A DNA stretch of 42,079 nucleotides from a virus (Duplodnaviria > Caudoviricetes), in IMG/VR virus record IMGVR_UViG_3300025518_000034, positions 1 through 42,079 of that record; one strand, 5' to 3'. Positions 9,159-18,930 of the stretch are shown in pieces. The position numbers and the translations under genes were made by a program. The notes beneath the pieces are model-generated. The model saw nothing but the letters and a program-made list of their open reading frames with translations, ran no database searches and was not told the origin of the DNA. Position 1 is the stretch's first letter; every line of letters begins with the position of its first letter.

Positions 9159-12100
9159 TCAGGCTCCTGCCGCGCCCTTGGCGGCGTTCAGTGCATTCAC
9201 GATGGCTTCAGCCCCGGCAGCGTCGGTGTTGACGGTTCCGTAGGACTTGCCATTCACAGACAGGTTGACGTTCACTTCGCGTGCTGACGGCTTCGGGATA
9301 CCCGTGTCGATGCCAGGAACCTGTGCGCCGCCCACACCAGTGCCGGCGAATGTCACTCGCTCTGCCGCCTTGAGCAGCGCCATGCTGAGCGTGTCGCCGC
9401 CGTATCGCTTCTGCCCAGGGTTGTCGAAGTACGGGATCTCGCCCCGGCCGTTGGAGAACTCCAAAGCGATCCGCCGTGCAGTGGCGTCATCCTCAACACC
9501 CGCGGCCTTGAGAAACGCTGCAATGCCCGTAAGGGTGGTCAAGTCCCCACCGGCCACGATCCGGTTACCGGAGGCGTCGGCGGCAAAGCCATCGGCATCC
9601 GTCTTCATGGATGTCTTGACCCTGTTGTTTCGCTCGACCATGCGATCGAGCCAGCCGATGTGCTCCTGTACGGCCTGGGTGGCCGACTGGATGCTGCTGC
9701 GATACTTCTCGGTCGCCTGGGCAGCCTCACCCATGCGTCGGACCACAGTCCGCCCCGCGCTGTCCACGGCGACCTCGAACCCGTTGGCGGCGGCCTGGGA
9801 TCGCGCAAAGGCGATGGCCGTCGAGTCGCCGGAGCGAATGGCCGCATCGGCCATCTTCTGGAAGGCCTCAGCCTGCTCGCGAGCGCTGCCACCTCCCTCG
9901 CGCACGCGCTCGTACAGGTTCCGGGCTGCGTCAGCCGCTTTCTTCAAGTCAGCGTCACTGGTGATGCCCAACTGGCTGAGTGCGCTCTGGAGACCGCCGA
10001 CCTCTTTCGTGACACGCTTGGCCTGTTCGGCAAGCTGGTCCAGCAGGCCGTCGACCACCTGCTCCCCAAGCACCTTGCGCACCGACTCGATCTGATCGCG
10101 CACCGCCTGCAGGGCCGCCTGGCTGTCGGCCGTCTGAATGCCTTTGCCAAGGCTGGCCGTCAACGCTGCAGCAGTGTCTACCCCCTGGGCCGACAGCCGG
10201 TCCAGATTCTGAATGATCAGCTCGGTGTCGTTGACGGCACTGGCGGCCGCCCGACTCATACCGCCGCTGATGGACGCAAAGTCGGCACCGCTGCGGTTAA
10301 TGGCCTCGCGCAGCGAGGCGTCCAGCACGATCGCCAGCAGTTCCGCTTCGTCACGGGTGCCAGACAGTGCGGATCGGGCCAGCACCTCAAAGCGCGCCAG
10401 GTCTTCGCCCTTGAGCGCGTTGGCCATGGCCTCGCGGATCTGGTCGCCGCTGGCCTTGCCCTGCACAGCAAGGTCTCGCAGGGCGATGCTGTAGGCTTGG
10501 ATGCCTGTGGTGTCTTCGAGGTTGGCCTTCTTCGACAGCTCAGCCAGGGCGTCGCCGGCACTCTTGCCCGACGCCTGCATCTTCTCGAACTCGGTCGTCA
10601 GCGCGCGGGCCTCAGGCGTCAGACCACGTGCAGCCTCGATGGCCAGTTGTGTGGCCTGGGCCAGCGCTGCCTTTTGCCGGGCATTCTCGGCACTGATCTC
10701 GGCAGCGACACGCTCCTCGCGTGCCAGCTCCTCTGTCAGATCTTTGTAGCCTGCCAGCTTGGCTGCACTCTCGCCCAGCCAGACCCCGATGTCCTGGATG
10801 TTGGTGACCACCCCCAACAGGGAGAGCGTTTTGAGACCACCCAGGATGGATGCCAGGCGGCCGACGTTCGAACCAGCGGTCAGGGCCGACGCGCTGGCGG
10901 CATTGATGGCCGTCGTACTCGCAGCAACCTGCACGGCGGCTGCCTGGGCAGCCGCTCCGATGCCCAGGAACTGCTGCGCCAGCCGCAGCGCAACGAAGGC
11001 CGACACAGCCTGGCCAGCGTCGAGCAGCAGGCCGATGATGGTGTCCAGGTTCTCAGCAAGCGCATCGATCGCCTGGGCGGCCATTTGGCTGGCACCCGTG
11101 GCCTTGTCCGCGTTGCCGATGTAGATCTGCCAGGCCGTGCTCAGGTTCTGCAGCGCGCGGCTCGGCTTGTCGGACAGCTTGTCGAACTCGGCGTTGATGG
11201 CGGCAGCCTGCCCCTCCAGGGCTCCGATCACCACCTCACTGGTCAGCGCGCCCTGCTGCGCCAGGTTGCGCAACTCGCCGGTGGTCTTGCCAAGCCCTGC
11301 AGCCAACGCCTGCGCCAGGCGGGGGCTTTGCTCCATGACCGAGTTGAACTCGTCACCGCGCAGCACGCCGCTTTGCAGACCCTGGATCAGCTGGGTGATG
11401 GCCGCGTTGGCAGACTGGGCAGACCCCCCACTGAGCTGGATGGCCTGGTTGATGGTCCGGGTCAGGGCCAGGCTTTGCTCGTTCGTTCGACCCAGACTCT
11501 CGCCGGCCTGCTGCAGCCTGGCAAACAGGGTGCCGGTGGCTTCCAGCTCACTGTTGGTCTCGAGGGCCACCTGCTGCACGCCCTCAAACGCGGCCTCAAA
11601 GGCAGGACCCTCACCCGTCACCAGACGAATGCGATCGGCCACAGTGGTGAAAGATTCGGCCGTGTCGTTCAGGTCGCTGATCAGCCGTCCGGCGAACGTA
11701 CCGCCGATGGCCGCGATGGCCACGCGCTGGACGGCGCGCAACTGGTCACCCAGTTGGCTCAGGCTGCCCGAGACCTCCTGGTTCGCTGCCACCTGCTGGC
11801 GACCAGACGCTGCAGCTTGCTGGCCAGCCTGACGGTAGGCCGGTGCCATGGCCTGGATCTCGGCTCGGGCGGCCGCCGTCGCTGCCCGCAGGTTGCGCTC
11901 GGCCTGGGCGGCGTTGGTCGAGTCGATCCCGTAGTTGCGCAGGGCGGCCCGGGATCGGTCGAGGGCCGCCGTCTTGCTGACGACCTCACCCTTGGCGTCG
12001 CGCACCGTGTCGCGCAGCTTCTGCATCTGCCCAACCTGTGCCCGCGTCGGTGCATTGGTGGCAGCCAGCTCGCGGCCCAGCCTCTGAGCGGCGCCCTGGG

Positions 12101-12341
12101 CCTCGGTCAGGCGGGCCGACGCGTCGGATACCTCGCGCTTGAGCGCGGCGAAGTTCTCCACCGCCCCCTGCTTGGCACCCAGCTCGCGCAGGGCCTGCGC
12201 ACTGGCCTGGGCCTGGGTCTTCAGGTCACCTTCGAGCGTGTCGGCCAGGCCTTCGAGCTGGCGAGCGAGTGCCGCAACGTCCTGCTGGCCGCTGACGGCA
12301 GCCTCAAGATCGTAGCGGATACGCTGGTTGGTGGTGGCCAT
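9159..12341 (-). CDS. Tail tape measure protein
   Basis: 1060 aa, Ala/Gln-rich and helical, with the tape-measure motif QLIQGLQSGVLRGDEFNSVMEQ. Confidence 0.95.
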   Translation of the reverse strand: MATTNQRIRYDLEAAVSGQQDVAALARQLEGLADTLEGDLKTQAQASAQALRELGAKQGAVENFAALKREVSDASARLTEAQGAAQRLGRELAATNAPTRAQVGQMQKLRDTVRDAKGEVVSKTAALDRSRAALRNYGIDSTNAAQAERNLRAATAAARAEIQAMAPAYRQAGQQAAASGRQQVAANQEVSGSLSQLGDQLRAVQRVAIAAIGGTFAGRLISDLNDTAESFTTVADRIRLVTGEGPAFEAAFEGVQQVALETNSELEATGTLFARLQQAGESLGRTNEQSLALTRTINQAIQLSGGSAQSANAAITQLIQGLQSGVLRGDEFNSVMEQSPRLAQALAAGLGKTTGELRNLAQQGALTSEVVIGALEGQAAAINAEFDKLSDKPSRALQNLSTAWQIYIGNADKATGASQMAAQAIDALAENLDTIIGLLLDAGQAVSAFVALRLAQQFLGIGAAAQAAAVQVAASTTAINAASASALTAGSNVGRLASILGGLKTLSLLGVVTNIQDIGVWLGESAAKLAGYKDLTEELAREERVAAEISAENARQKAALAQATQLAIEAARGLTPEARALTTEFEKMQASGKSAGDALAELSKKANLEDTTGIQAYSIALRDLAVQGKASGDQIREAMANALKGEDLARFEVLARSALSGTRDEAELLAIVLDASLREAINRSGADFASISGGMSRAAASAVNDTELIIQNLDRLSAQGVDTAAALTASLGKGIQTADSQAALQAVRDQIESVRKVLGEQVVDGLLDQLAEQAKRVTKEVGGLQSALSQLGITSDADLKKAADAARNLYERVREGGGSAREQAEAFQKMADAAIRSGDSTAIAFARSQAAANGFEVAVDSAGRTVVRRMGEAAQATEKYRSSIQSATQAVQEHIGWLDRMVERNNRVKTSMKTDADGFAADASGNRIVAGGDLTTLTGIAAFLKAAGVEDDATARRIALEFSNGRGEIPYFDNPGQKRYGGDTLSMALLKAAERVTFAGTGVGGAQVPGIDTGIPKPSAREVNVNLSVNGKSYGTVNTDAAGAEAIVNALNAAKGAAGA

Positions 12342-12410
12342 GTGTGTGGGTTCGGATCAGTGGGCTTTTTCCATGAGGGCCTGCCTTCAACGTGGGCCAG
12401 GGCGCCTCAT

Positions 12411-12441
12411 GAAAAAAGCCCGCCAGGTGGCGGGCCTTTTT
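12411..12441 (-). terminator. Intrinsic terminator after the major tail gene (possibly bidirectional)
   Basis: Minus strand GCCCGCCA-CC-TGGCGGGC followed by TTTTTT; A-tract on the other side. Confidence 0.8.
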
Positions 12442-12457
12442 GGCGACGGTGATTGGC

Positions 12458-13240
12458 TTACTCGCCGCTGCGCTGCGGGAAGCGGATCTCGTAGCCTTCG
12501 GTGAAGCCGGCAGGCGTGACGATCTCGCCCTGCAGCTCGATGGCGGTGAAGTCGGCCGACAGGAAGTCGAAGCCAGTACCGGTGCCGAGCACACACTCGC
12601 GCACGTCCGCCTCGACCACCTCGCCATTGACCAGGTTCTGGCCGTCGAAGCGGGCCTGGGCGCGCACCTGAGTGACGCGGCCACCAAGAATGCGCTTGCC
12701 GTCGACCGCATTCCAGGTGCCGGTGATGTCGACCGTCGCGCCTTCAGCCGGGGCGCCGGCCACGCCCAGGAAGCGGATTTCTCCGCGTTGCCAGTTGACC
12801 TCGTAGTGCGTGCCGAGCACGTAGGCGGTGCCACCGCCGTCCGGCTCGACCGAGAAGCCGGCTTCGGCCACGTTGCGCTGGCCCAGGCTTTGCCAGACGC
12901 CATGGGTACCGACCACCAGGTTCTGGTCGGTCCAGGAACCAGATGACTGCGTCAGCGCCTGCACCAGACCCTGGAACTGCATGGCAAACGCAGCGACGGA
13001 CGACGCCGACAGCGCGATGTTGATCTGCGTGGGCTGGGGGATGACGACCGAGGCGCGGGCCTGGCCGTAGTCGAGGTGACTGCGCGACTGGCTGGTCTTC
13101 TTTTCCGACTGGGGAACGATCTCGAACTTGTCGGCGTCCAGCGGGGAGCCGAAGCCGGCATAGGCCTGAGCGACCGGGTCCCAGATGTTCAGGGAGACCA
13201 GGCCGCCGGCCAGAATTGCACGTGCGGAGTTGGAGGGCAT
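12458..13240 (-). CDS. Major tail tube protein
   Basis: 260 aa, beta-rich, between the tail completion gene and the tape measure, followed by a terminator. Confidence 0.8.
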   Translation of the reverse strand: MPSNSARAILAGGLVSLNIWDPVAQAYAGFGSPLDADKFEIVPQSEKKTSQSRSHLDYGQARASVVIPQPTQINIALSASSVAAFAMQFQGLVQALTQSSGSWTDQNLVVGTHGVWQSLGQRNVAEAGFSVEPDGGGTAYVLGTHYEVNWQRGEIRFLGVAGAPAEGATVDITGTWNAVDGKRILGGRVTQVRAQARFDGQNLVNGEVVEADVRECVLGTGTGFDFLSADFTAIELQGEIVTPAGFTEGYEIRFPQRSGE

Positions 13241-13265
13241 GATGATTTCCTTCGTGTGTGAGGGG

Positions 13266-13733
13266 TCAGGTGGACTGGAGCGCGAAAGCCGGCTGGCGGT
13301 AGGTCACCTCGAAGCCGCTGAGGACCAGCGCACCCTCAGCGGGCTGGAAGTCCTCGACGTATGAGGTGACGTCCGCCTCCTGTGCCGCCACCTCTTTGAC
13401 GCCGGTGATGGCGTTGAGGGTCGGCATGAGACGCCTGAGCAGCGTGCCCACGACGGCGTGCATAGCGTCCGCATCGCGGTCGCTTTGCTCGGTGTGGGCA
13501 AGGCTGGCCACGATCAAGGTGAAGCGGCGCTGCTCGTCGTTTCCGACGCGCCTGAGCTGGCTGTCACCGTTCCAGCGCACCGCCAGCACGTAGTCGCCAC
13601 GCTTGATGGCGATTGCACTGGTGGGGTTGCGCTTGACGGGCACGGCCTGCAGCTCGGGGGCGGTCTCCAGCGCGGTGGCAACCGCGTCGAAGATGCGCCA
13701 GCGTGCGCTGTTGCCTTGATTGAAGGTGGGCAT
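13266..13733 (-). CDS. Tail terminator/completion protein
   Basis: 155 aa directly upstream of the major tail gene; C-terminal FEVTY motif. Confidence 0.65.
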   Translation of the reverse strand: MPTFNQGNSARWRIFDAVATALETAPELQAVPVKRNPTSAIAIKRGDYVLAVRWNGDSQLRRVGNDEQRRFTLIVASLAHTEQSDRDADAMHAVVGTLLRRLMPTLNAITGVKEVAAQEADVTSYVEDFQPAEGALVLSGFEVTYRQPAFALQST

Positions 13734-13746
13734 GGTGCTGTGCTGC

Positions 13747-14046
13747 TCAGGCGGGCACGAGGTAGGTCTGGCTTTCGGCGCCGTCGTTGATCAGGCGCGG
13801 ATCGCGGAGCACCCGCCATGTCACGGTACCGTCGCTGACCTCGTCGCCCTCGGCCAGCTCGATGGCGGCTGTCGGGTACTGGATCAGGCGGACGGTTCCG
13901 ACGGCGTAGCCCTGCAGCATCTCCTCGTCCTCTTGGCCCATGTGGGCGCAAAAGGTCTGAGCCGGCTCAGAGCCGACGAGCGTGAGCTCGACGGCGCCAG
14001 CTTCGACCGAGTAGAAGACATCGGACAGGTCGTCGTCACCGAACAT
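13747..14046 (-). CDS. Head-tail joining protein
   Basis: 99 aa, acidic and beta-rich, two genes after the capsid gene. Confidence 0.7.
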   Translation of the reverse strand: MFGDDDLSDVFYSVEAGAVELTLVGSEPAQTFCAHMGQEDEEMLQGYAVGTVRLIQYPTAAIELAEGDEVSDGTVTWRVLRDPRLINDGAESQTYLVPA

Positions 14047-14063
14047 GGTGGGTGCCTCGGCGA

Positions 14064-14315
14064 TCAGGTGGGCTCACTGGCCGGAGCCGGAGCGGGTGCA
14101 GGCGGCTCTACCGGCGCGGGTGCCGGTGCCGGGGCTGGCGACGGAGCAGGCGCAGGAGCTGGGGCTTTGTCGGCCTTGGGCTCCTTGTGCGGCTCGATCG
14201 CGCCGGCAGCCAGCAACGGTTCGGCGGCTTTGGCGCTGAGTTCCAGCACTTCGCCAGCGAACACGCGCCGCTTCGCGTCGAGCTTGACGCGCATGGTGGT
14301 GATGAACTTGGGCAT
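14064..14315 (-). CDS. Small head-module protein with a Pro-Ala tail (83 aa, MPKFITT...)
   Basis: ATG 2 nt after the capsid stop; GEVLEL...AEPLLAAGAI motif; occupies the lambda FI position. Confidence 0.7.
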   Translation of the reverse strand: MPKFITTMRVKLDAKRRVFAGEVLELSAKAAEPLLAAGAIEPHKEPKADKAPAPAPAPSPAPAPAPAPVEPPAPAPAPASEPT

Positions 14316-14317
14316 GG

Positions 14318-15256
14318 TCAGGCCACCGCTGCCTTGAAGATGAAGCCGGCCGAGGCGCCGGCCAGCACCGCCTTGCGGGCATCGGCCACCGGGTTGACCC
14401 AGCTGTTGGCGTTGCGGTCGTCGTAGCCCTCTTCGACCACCGGGTAGTCCTGCAGCTGGTAGGTGTAGCCGTAGTTCGGGCTGCCCATTTCGGCCATGCT
14501 GGCCGGGGTGGTGTAGGCCAGGATGGCGTCTTTGCCCCACACATCCTGGAACTGGGTGCCGTCGTGATACACCGCTTCGCCTTCGACGATCTGCGGGATC
14601 TCGAACAACGCCGAGAGCTGGGCCATGCTGGCCGGCGGACGATCGGCGTTGGTACTCAGCCGGTCGAGGATCTTGGGATGGTTGCGCAGCGCGGTCAGCA
14701 CCTCGGGGCCCACGGTGAGCACATTCGGGCGCTCGCCGATCTGCTTGCGCACAGCCTCCTTGGCGGCCAGGATGTCCCCGATCGGGTCGCTGGTCGGGTC
14801 CGACCACTGACCGGAGCCGCTGAGCGTTTCCTTGTTGTTGGAACCGTACAGCGCATCGTTTCGAGCCAGGTCGGCGGCCTGCTTCTCGCGCTCCAGGGCC
14901 ATGACGTTCTGCACCTTGCGCACGCTCATGGCGATCAGGTCGATGCCGGGCCCGTTCATGCCTTCCTTCTGAATCTCCCAGGGAGTCAGGGCTTCGAGGC
15001 GGTAGTCGGCCAGGCCGTAGTCGGCGCCGGCGTAACCGAACTGCACCCGCTTGGTGTTGCTGCCGGGTGCACGTACGGTGCTGACCAGCTTGAAGTCGTC
15101 GGGGCCGAAGGTGATGATCTTGCCGGCACGCAGCGTGACACTGACGATCGGAAACAGGATGTTGGCGATGGCGGCCTTGGGGCTGCGATAGCCGCGGGCC
15201 ACTTCGGTGAGGATGGGGTCGACGACGCGGGCCTGACCGGGGGTCATTTGGTTCAT
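14318..15256 (-). CDS. Major capsid protein
   Basis: 312 aa after the decoration gene; VDPILT...GY and WSDPTSDPIGDI motifs; GGAG SD. Confidence 0.9.
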   Translation of the reverse strand: MNQMTPGQARVVDPILTEVARGYRSPKAAIANILFPIVSVTLRAGKIITFGPDDFKLVSTVRAPGSNTKRVQFGYAGADYGLADYRLEALTPWEIQKEGMNGPGIDLIAMSVRKVQNVMALEREKQAADLARNDALYGSNNKETLSGSGQWSDPTSDPIGDILAAKEAVRKQIGERPNVLTVGPEVLTALRNHPKILDRLSTNADRPPASMAQLSALFEIPQIVEGEAVYHDGTQFQDVWGKDAILAYTTPASMAEMGSPNYGYTYQLQDYPVVEEGYDDRNANSWVNPVADARKAVLAGASAGFIFKAAVA

Positions 15257-15289
15257 GTTGGGTTCTCCGTTTCAGTGAAGAGGGTTGGG

Positions 15290-15658
15290 TCAGGAGGCCG
15301 TGACGAGCAGGCCGGACGAGGGCACCAGCAGCACCTCGACCAGCTGGTCGACAGCGGTGGCCGCCTCCATGGAGCGGGCCACGGCGTGCTTGTCGCCGTC
15401 GCCGTCGTGGGCGATCAGCTTGCCGTCGGTGCCAACCATCAGGGGCACATCCTTCGAGAAGGTGGCGCCGGCCTGGACGATGGCCGTGCCCTGGACATCG
15501 ACTGGCACCGGATCACCGACGGCACCGTCGGTGCGGGTGATGCCGAAGGCCAGGCCACCGGCGGCCGGGTAGGCGCCAGCCTGGGTGACTGCGCGGGCGT
15601 TCTGCAGCGCAGCGGAAGCGATGACGGTGAGCGTCAGGATCGGGAGGGAGGGGTTCAT
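15290..15658 (-). CDS. Head decoration/cement protein (DUF2190-like)
   Basis: 122 aa, Ala/Gly-rich, between the protease and capsid genes. Confidence 0.75.
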   Translation of the reverse strand: MNPSLPILTLTVIASAALQNARAVTQAGAYPAAGGLAFGITRTDGAVGDPVPVDVQGTAIVQAGATFSKDVPLMVGTDGKLIAHDGDGDKHAVARSMEAATAVDQLVEVLLVPSSGLLVTAS

Positions 15659-15691
15659 GTCTTGGACTCCTGGAGGTGAACTGGTTGGTGG

Positions 15692-17062
15692 TCAGGCAAA
15701 GCCCAGCTTCTTCATCGCGGTGATGAAGTCGACGCCGTGCTCGGCGGCGTAGGCCTTGGATTCGGCAGCCTGCTGGGCCTTGGTCTTCGGCATGTCGCTG
15801 GGAGCAGCACCGTTCTTGGCGGGTGCCGGCGCGTCGTCGTCGACGAAGGCCTTGCCGCGGGCTGCGACGGCAGCGCGCTCGGCGGCCAGCACAGCCATGG
15901 CGGCTTCGGGGCCGGTGGTCTTGCCGTCGGCAGCCAGCTGCTCGATCAGCGCTTCGTGGCCGGGCATGCTTTGCGCGCGCACGGCGGCGACGCGCTCCTG
16001 TTCGGCCTTGGCACCGGCGGCGCGGGCTTCGGCCTGGATGTTGGCAAGCAGTTCGGGGTGCTGCTCCGCCAGGGTTTTCATGTCCATGGGGGTTTCCTTT
16101 TCGGGGGAGGTTTCGACGGGATCGAGCAGCACCGGCTCGGCGGGGGAACTGCCATCGGCCCGCGCACCGGCGGGCTTTCTGGCTGGGGGCACCAACGCCG
16201 CCACCCTGGCCTTGCGGCGGGTGGCGAACTGGGTAGGGTCGGCAGCCATTCGCTCGGCCACCTGGTCGACGGTCATGAAGCCGTCCAGCAGTCCGGCATC
16301 GACCGCCTGCTGACCGATGAAGATGCGGCCGTCAGCCATGTGCTGCAGCACTTCCTCGGCGGTCACGCCGCGGTTCTGGGCTACGGCGTCAACGAAGACG
16401 CTGTAGATGTGATCGACCATCTGCTGCAGGTAGGCGCTGGCCTCTTCGTCCAGCGGTTTGGCGCTGGTGGCCATGCGCTTGTATCGGCCCGCCGTGATTT
16501 CCGTGGTCTGGGCGCCGCTGGCGTTGGGCGTGTAGTTGTGGGTCATCACCACGCCAATCGATCCCACCTGCACCGTGGTACCGCTGCCGAACACGGCATT
16601 GGCCGCGCTGCCCAGCCAGTAGGCGCCCGAGGCCATGACGCCATCGGTGACGGTGACGATGGGCTTGATGGCGGCCAGCTCGCGGATGGTGTCGGACAGC
16701 TCGGGCACGCCCAGGGCACTGCCACCACCGCTGTCGACCTGCAGGATGAGGCTGCGCACGCGGGGGTCGGCGATCGCGCTTTCGACCTGCTTGCTCAGCA
16801 GCTGCGTGCTGGCCCCGCCGCTCACGCGCATGAACAGGTTGGCCTTGGGCGCCAGTACGCCTTCGATGGAGAGCACCGCCACACCGCCTTCGCGGATGCG
16901 GTACTCCTGCTGCTCGCTGGCCAGAGGCCGACCCAGGCGGGCTTCGATTGCAGGGATGTCGATCTTCTCGCCACGCAGGTGGGTGTCGTAGATCGACTGG
17001 ATTTCGAGCAGTCGCTCGGGCTGGATGGCCCAGGCGCTGCGCAGCAGGTCAAGCAGCGTCAT
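15692..17062 (-). CDS. S49 prohead protease with C-terminal scaffold (lambda C/Nu3-like)
   Basis: VDSGGG, MASGAYW, VGSIGV and AGRYK S49 motifs; start MTLLDLL at 17062. Confidence 0.93.
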   Translation of the reverse strand: MTLLDLLRSAWAIQPERLLEIQSIYDTHLRGEKIDIPAIEARLGRPLASEQQEYRIREGGVAVLSIEGVLAPKANLFMRVSGGASTQLLSKQVESAIADPRVRSLILQVDSGGGSALGVPELSDTIRELAAIKPIVTVTDGVMASGAYWLGSAANAVFGSGTTVQVGSIGVVMTHNYTPNASGAQTTEITAGRYKRMATSAKPLDEEASAYLQQMVDHIYSVFVDAVAQNRGVTAEEVLQHMADGRIFIGQQAVDAGLLDGFMTVDQVAERMAADPTQFATRRKARVAALVPPARKPAGARADGSSPAEPVLLDPVETSPEKETPMDMKTLAEQHPELLANIQAEARAAGAKAEQERVAAVRAQSMPGHEALIEQLAADGKTTGPEAAMAVLAAERAAVAARGKAFVDDDAPAPAKNGAAPSDMPKTKAQQAAESKAYAAEHGVDFITAMKKLGFA

Positions 17063-18671
17063 CGTTGTCCTCGGGTTCGGGTTGATTGCCACGGGTGGGC
17101 TGCGTCTGAGGTGCAGCGGCGCCCGCCTTGGGCACCGGCAGCAGTCCGGCCTTGGCCAGCCGCTGGTGTTCGGCCCACTTCTGGTCGAAAGTGGCGTTCC
17201 AGTCGGTGCCGCCCAGCTCCCACTCGGCACGCTCGCGCGTCATCAGGCGGGCGTCGATGGCGGCCGTGTAGGCCGCGACCTCGTCCTTGGGGTTGATCGA
17301 GCCCATGCTGTCACCCGGCCAGGCCGCGCGCGTGTAGGCCCAGCGCATCAACGGGTCGCTGAAAAAGCCGGGCGCCTTGACACGACCGAGGAACACGGCT
17401 TCGGCCAGCCAGGTCTCGATGATCGGTTGGCAGAACGAGAGGGCCGCCCAGGTTCGCTCGCAGCGGAAGTGGATCCAGGCGTCCAACAAAGCGGCCTTGC
17501 TCGCGCTGTAGCTGGCGTTGAACTGCTTGAGCAACACTTCGCGCGGGATGCTCAGGCCCATGCCGATCAGGCCGAGAAGGCCGTGGATGAACTCCACCGC
17601 GTTGACGTTCGGTCGCTTGGGGTCGGCGAACTTGGCTGTCTCGCCTTTGGCCAGGCCCACCACAGCGGCCGGGCCCATGGCAATCTCATCGGCAGGCTGT
17701 GGACCAGGCCCGGTCGCTGTGCTGTTCTGATTACCCCAGACCGGCGCCACATTGCCGGTCTCGGTCTCGATGATCATGGTGAAGAAGCTGTTGATCACAG
17801 CGGCTTCGATCTCGGCGTCGGTGAAGCGACCGATCTGCTTGATGAGATCGACCACCGGCGCAAGGTAGGGAACACCCCGAGGCTGGCCTGGGCGCAGCTT
17901 CTTGTAGTGGTGCAGCAGGCGAAGTCGACCGGTGGGCCCCTGGAAGTTGACCCACTCGCCGGCATAGATGCTGCTGCCCTTGGGCGCCATGCCGCTGCCA
18001 GGGTGGCGGTCGTAGATGTGGGCAGCCAGCGGGCGACCACCAGGCCCGAACCTGATGCCACCGGCAATCTCTTCGGTGTCCATCTGACCCAGCGGGTTGC
18101 CAATGCGGTCAGCCTCGATCAGCTGGAAGCGCAGACCATAGGGGCGCATGCGCGTGCGCTCGGCCATGGGCAGCATGGTGAACATGTCGCCGCTGCTCTT
18201 GGCGCCCCGAACCACAGAAGCCTGGGCCTGGTAGAAGGTCTCTTCGCCGGCGAAGTCACAGGCCTGGGCGTCGTCAGCCCACAGGCTGTACTCGGCCTGG
18301 ACGGTGGCCTTCCATGCCTCGGCCTGGTCGGCAGACCACCCAAGCACCTGCCTGGCCGGGCTGGCAACAAAGGCCAGACCCGTGCCGATGATGCGGTCAA
18401 CGCTGGTGTTGATGGCACCGGCGGCGATGGGGTTGGTGCTGATCAGCTCGCGCGAGGCAGCGCGCTGGGTGCCCAACTTGGGCAGGGTGTCGCGCGCAGC
18501 GCTGCGGGCAAACGGATTCCACCAGCGACCGCCTGCTCCGCTGCTGCTCGTGCTGCCTCCAGGTCCGGGCGCGCTGGCTTCGATGGCGTTGACCTGGGCG
18601 CGGGCCTTGAGGCGGCCTGCCACGCGCTCTGGGTCAAACGGCAGCAGGGCCTTGTCGATGAGATTCATCAT
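17049..18671 (-). CDS. Portal protein, lambda family
   Basis: RPGQPRGVP, SYSASKAAL and INPKDEV motifs; 540 aa. Confidence 0.95.
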   Translation of the reverse strand: MMNLIDKALLPFDPERVAGRLKARAQVNAIEASAPGPGGSTSSSGAGGRWWNPFARSAARDTLPKLGTQRAASRELISTNPIAAGAINTSVDRIIGTGLAFVASPARQVLGWSADQAEAWKATVQAEYSLWADDAQACDFAGEETFYQAQASVVRGAKSSGDMFTMLPMAERTRMRPYGLRFQLIEADRIGNPLGQMDTEEIAGGIRFGPGGRPLAAHIYDRHPGSGMAPKGSSIYAGEWVNFQGPTGRLRLLHHYKKLRPGQPRGVPYLAPVVDLIKQIGRFTDAEIEAAVINSFFTMIIETETGNVAPVWGNQNSTATGPGPQPADEIAMGPAAVVGLAKGETAKFADPKRPNVNAVEFIHGLLGLIGMGLSIPREVLLKQFNASYSASKAALLDAWIHFRCERTWAALSFCQPIIETWLAEAVFLGRVKAPGFFSDPLMRWAYTRAAWPGDSMGSINPKDEVAAYTAAIDARLMTRERAEWELGGTDWNATFDQKWAEHQRLAKAGLLPVPKAGAAAPQTQPTRGNQPEPEDNDDAA

Positions 18672-18681
18672 CGGTCAGTCC

Positions 18682-18921
18682 TCAGCCCATGGGCCGCAGG
18701 TAGCGGATACGACGGGCACCGCGGGCCGCCGGGTTGTCCGGGTGCTTGTCGATGTCCAGCTCCAGCGCCTTGATCTGAGCCTGCACATCAGCCAGCTCGG
18801 CCCGGCGGTTGCGGCGTGCGGCACCACCTTGGCCGACTGTGTACTCCTGGCTCCGCAGAATGCGAGTTTCGGCTGCGCGGTACTCTGCGAGACGCGTCTG
18901 GAGGTCGGCAAGGGAAGGCAT
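18682..18921 (-). CDS. gpW-like head completion protein
   Basis: 79 aa helix-hairpin-helix pattern directly upstream of the portal. Confidence 0.8.
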   Translation of the reverse strand: MPSLADLQTRLAEYRAAETRILRSQEYTVGQGGAARRNRRAELADVQAQIKALELDIDKHPDNPAARGARRIRYLRPMG

Positions 18922-18930
18922 GCGAGAGGG

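Noticed and set aside
4894-12452. Long plus-strand ORFs (647 aa, 930 aa and similar ones elsewhere)
   Set aside because: These are shadow frames of GC-rich structural genes, with no recognisable motifs or coupling.
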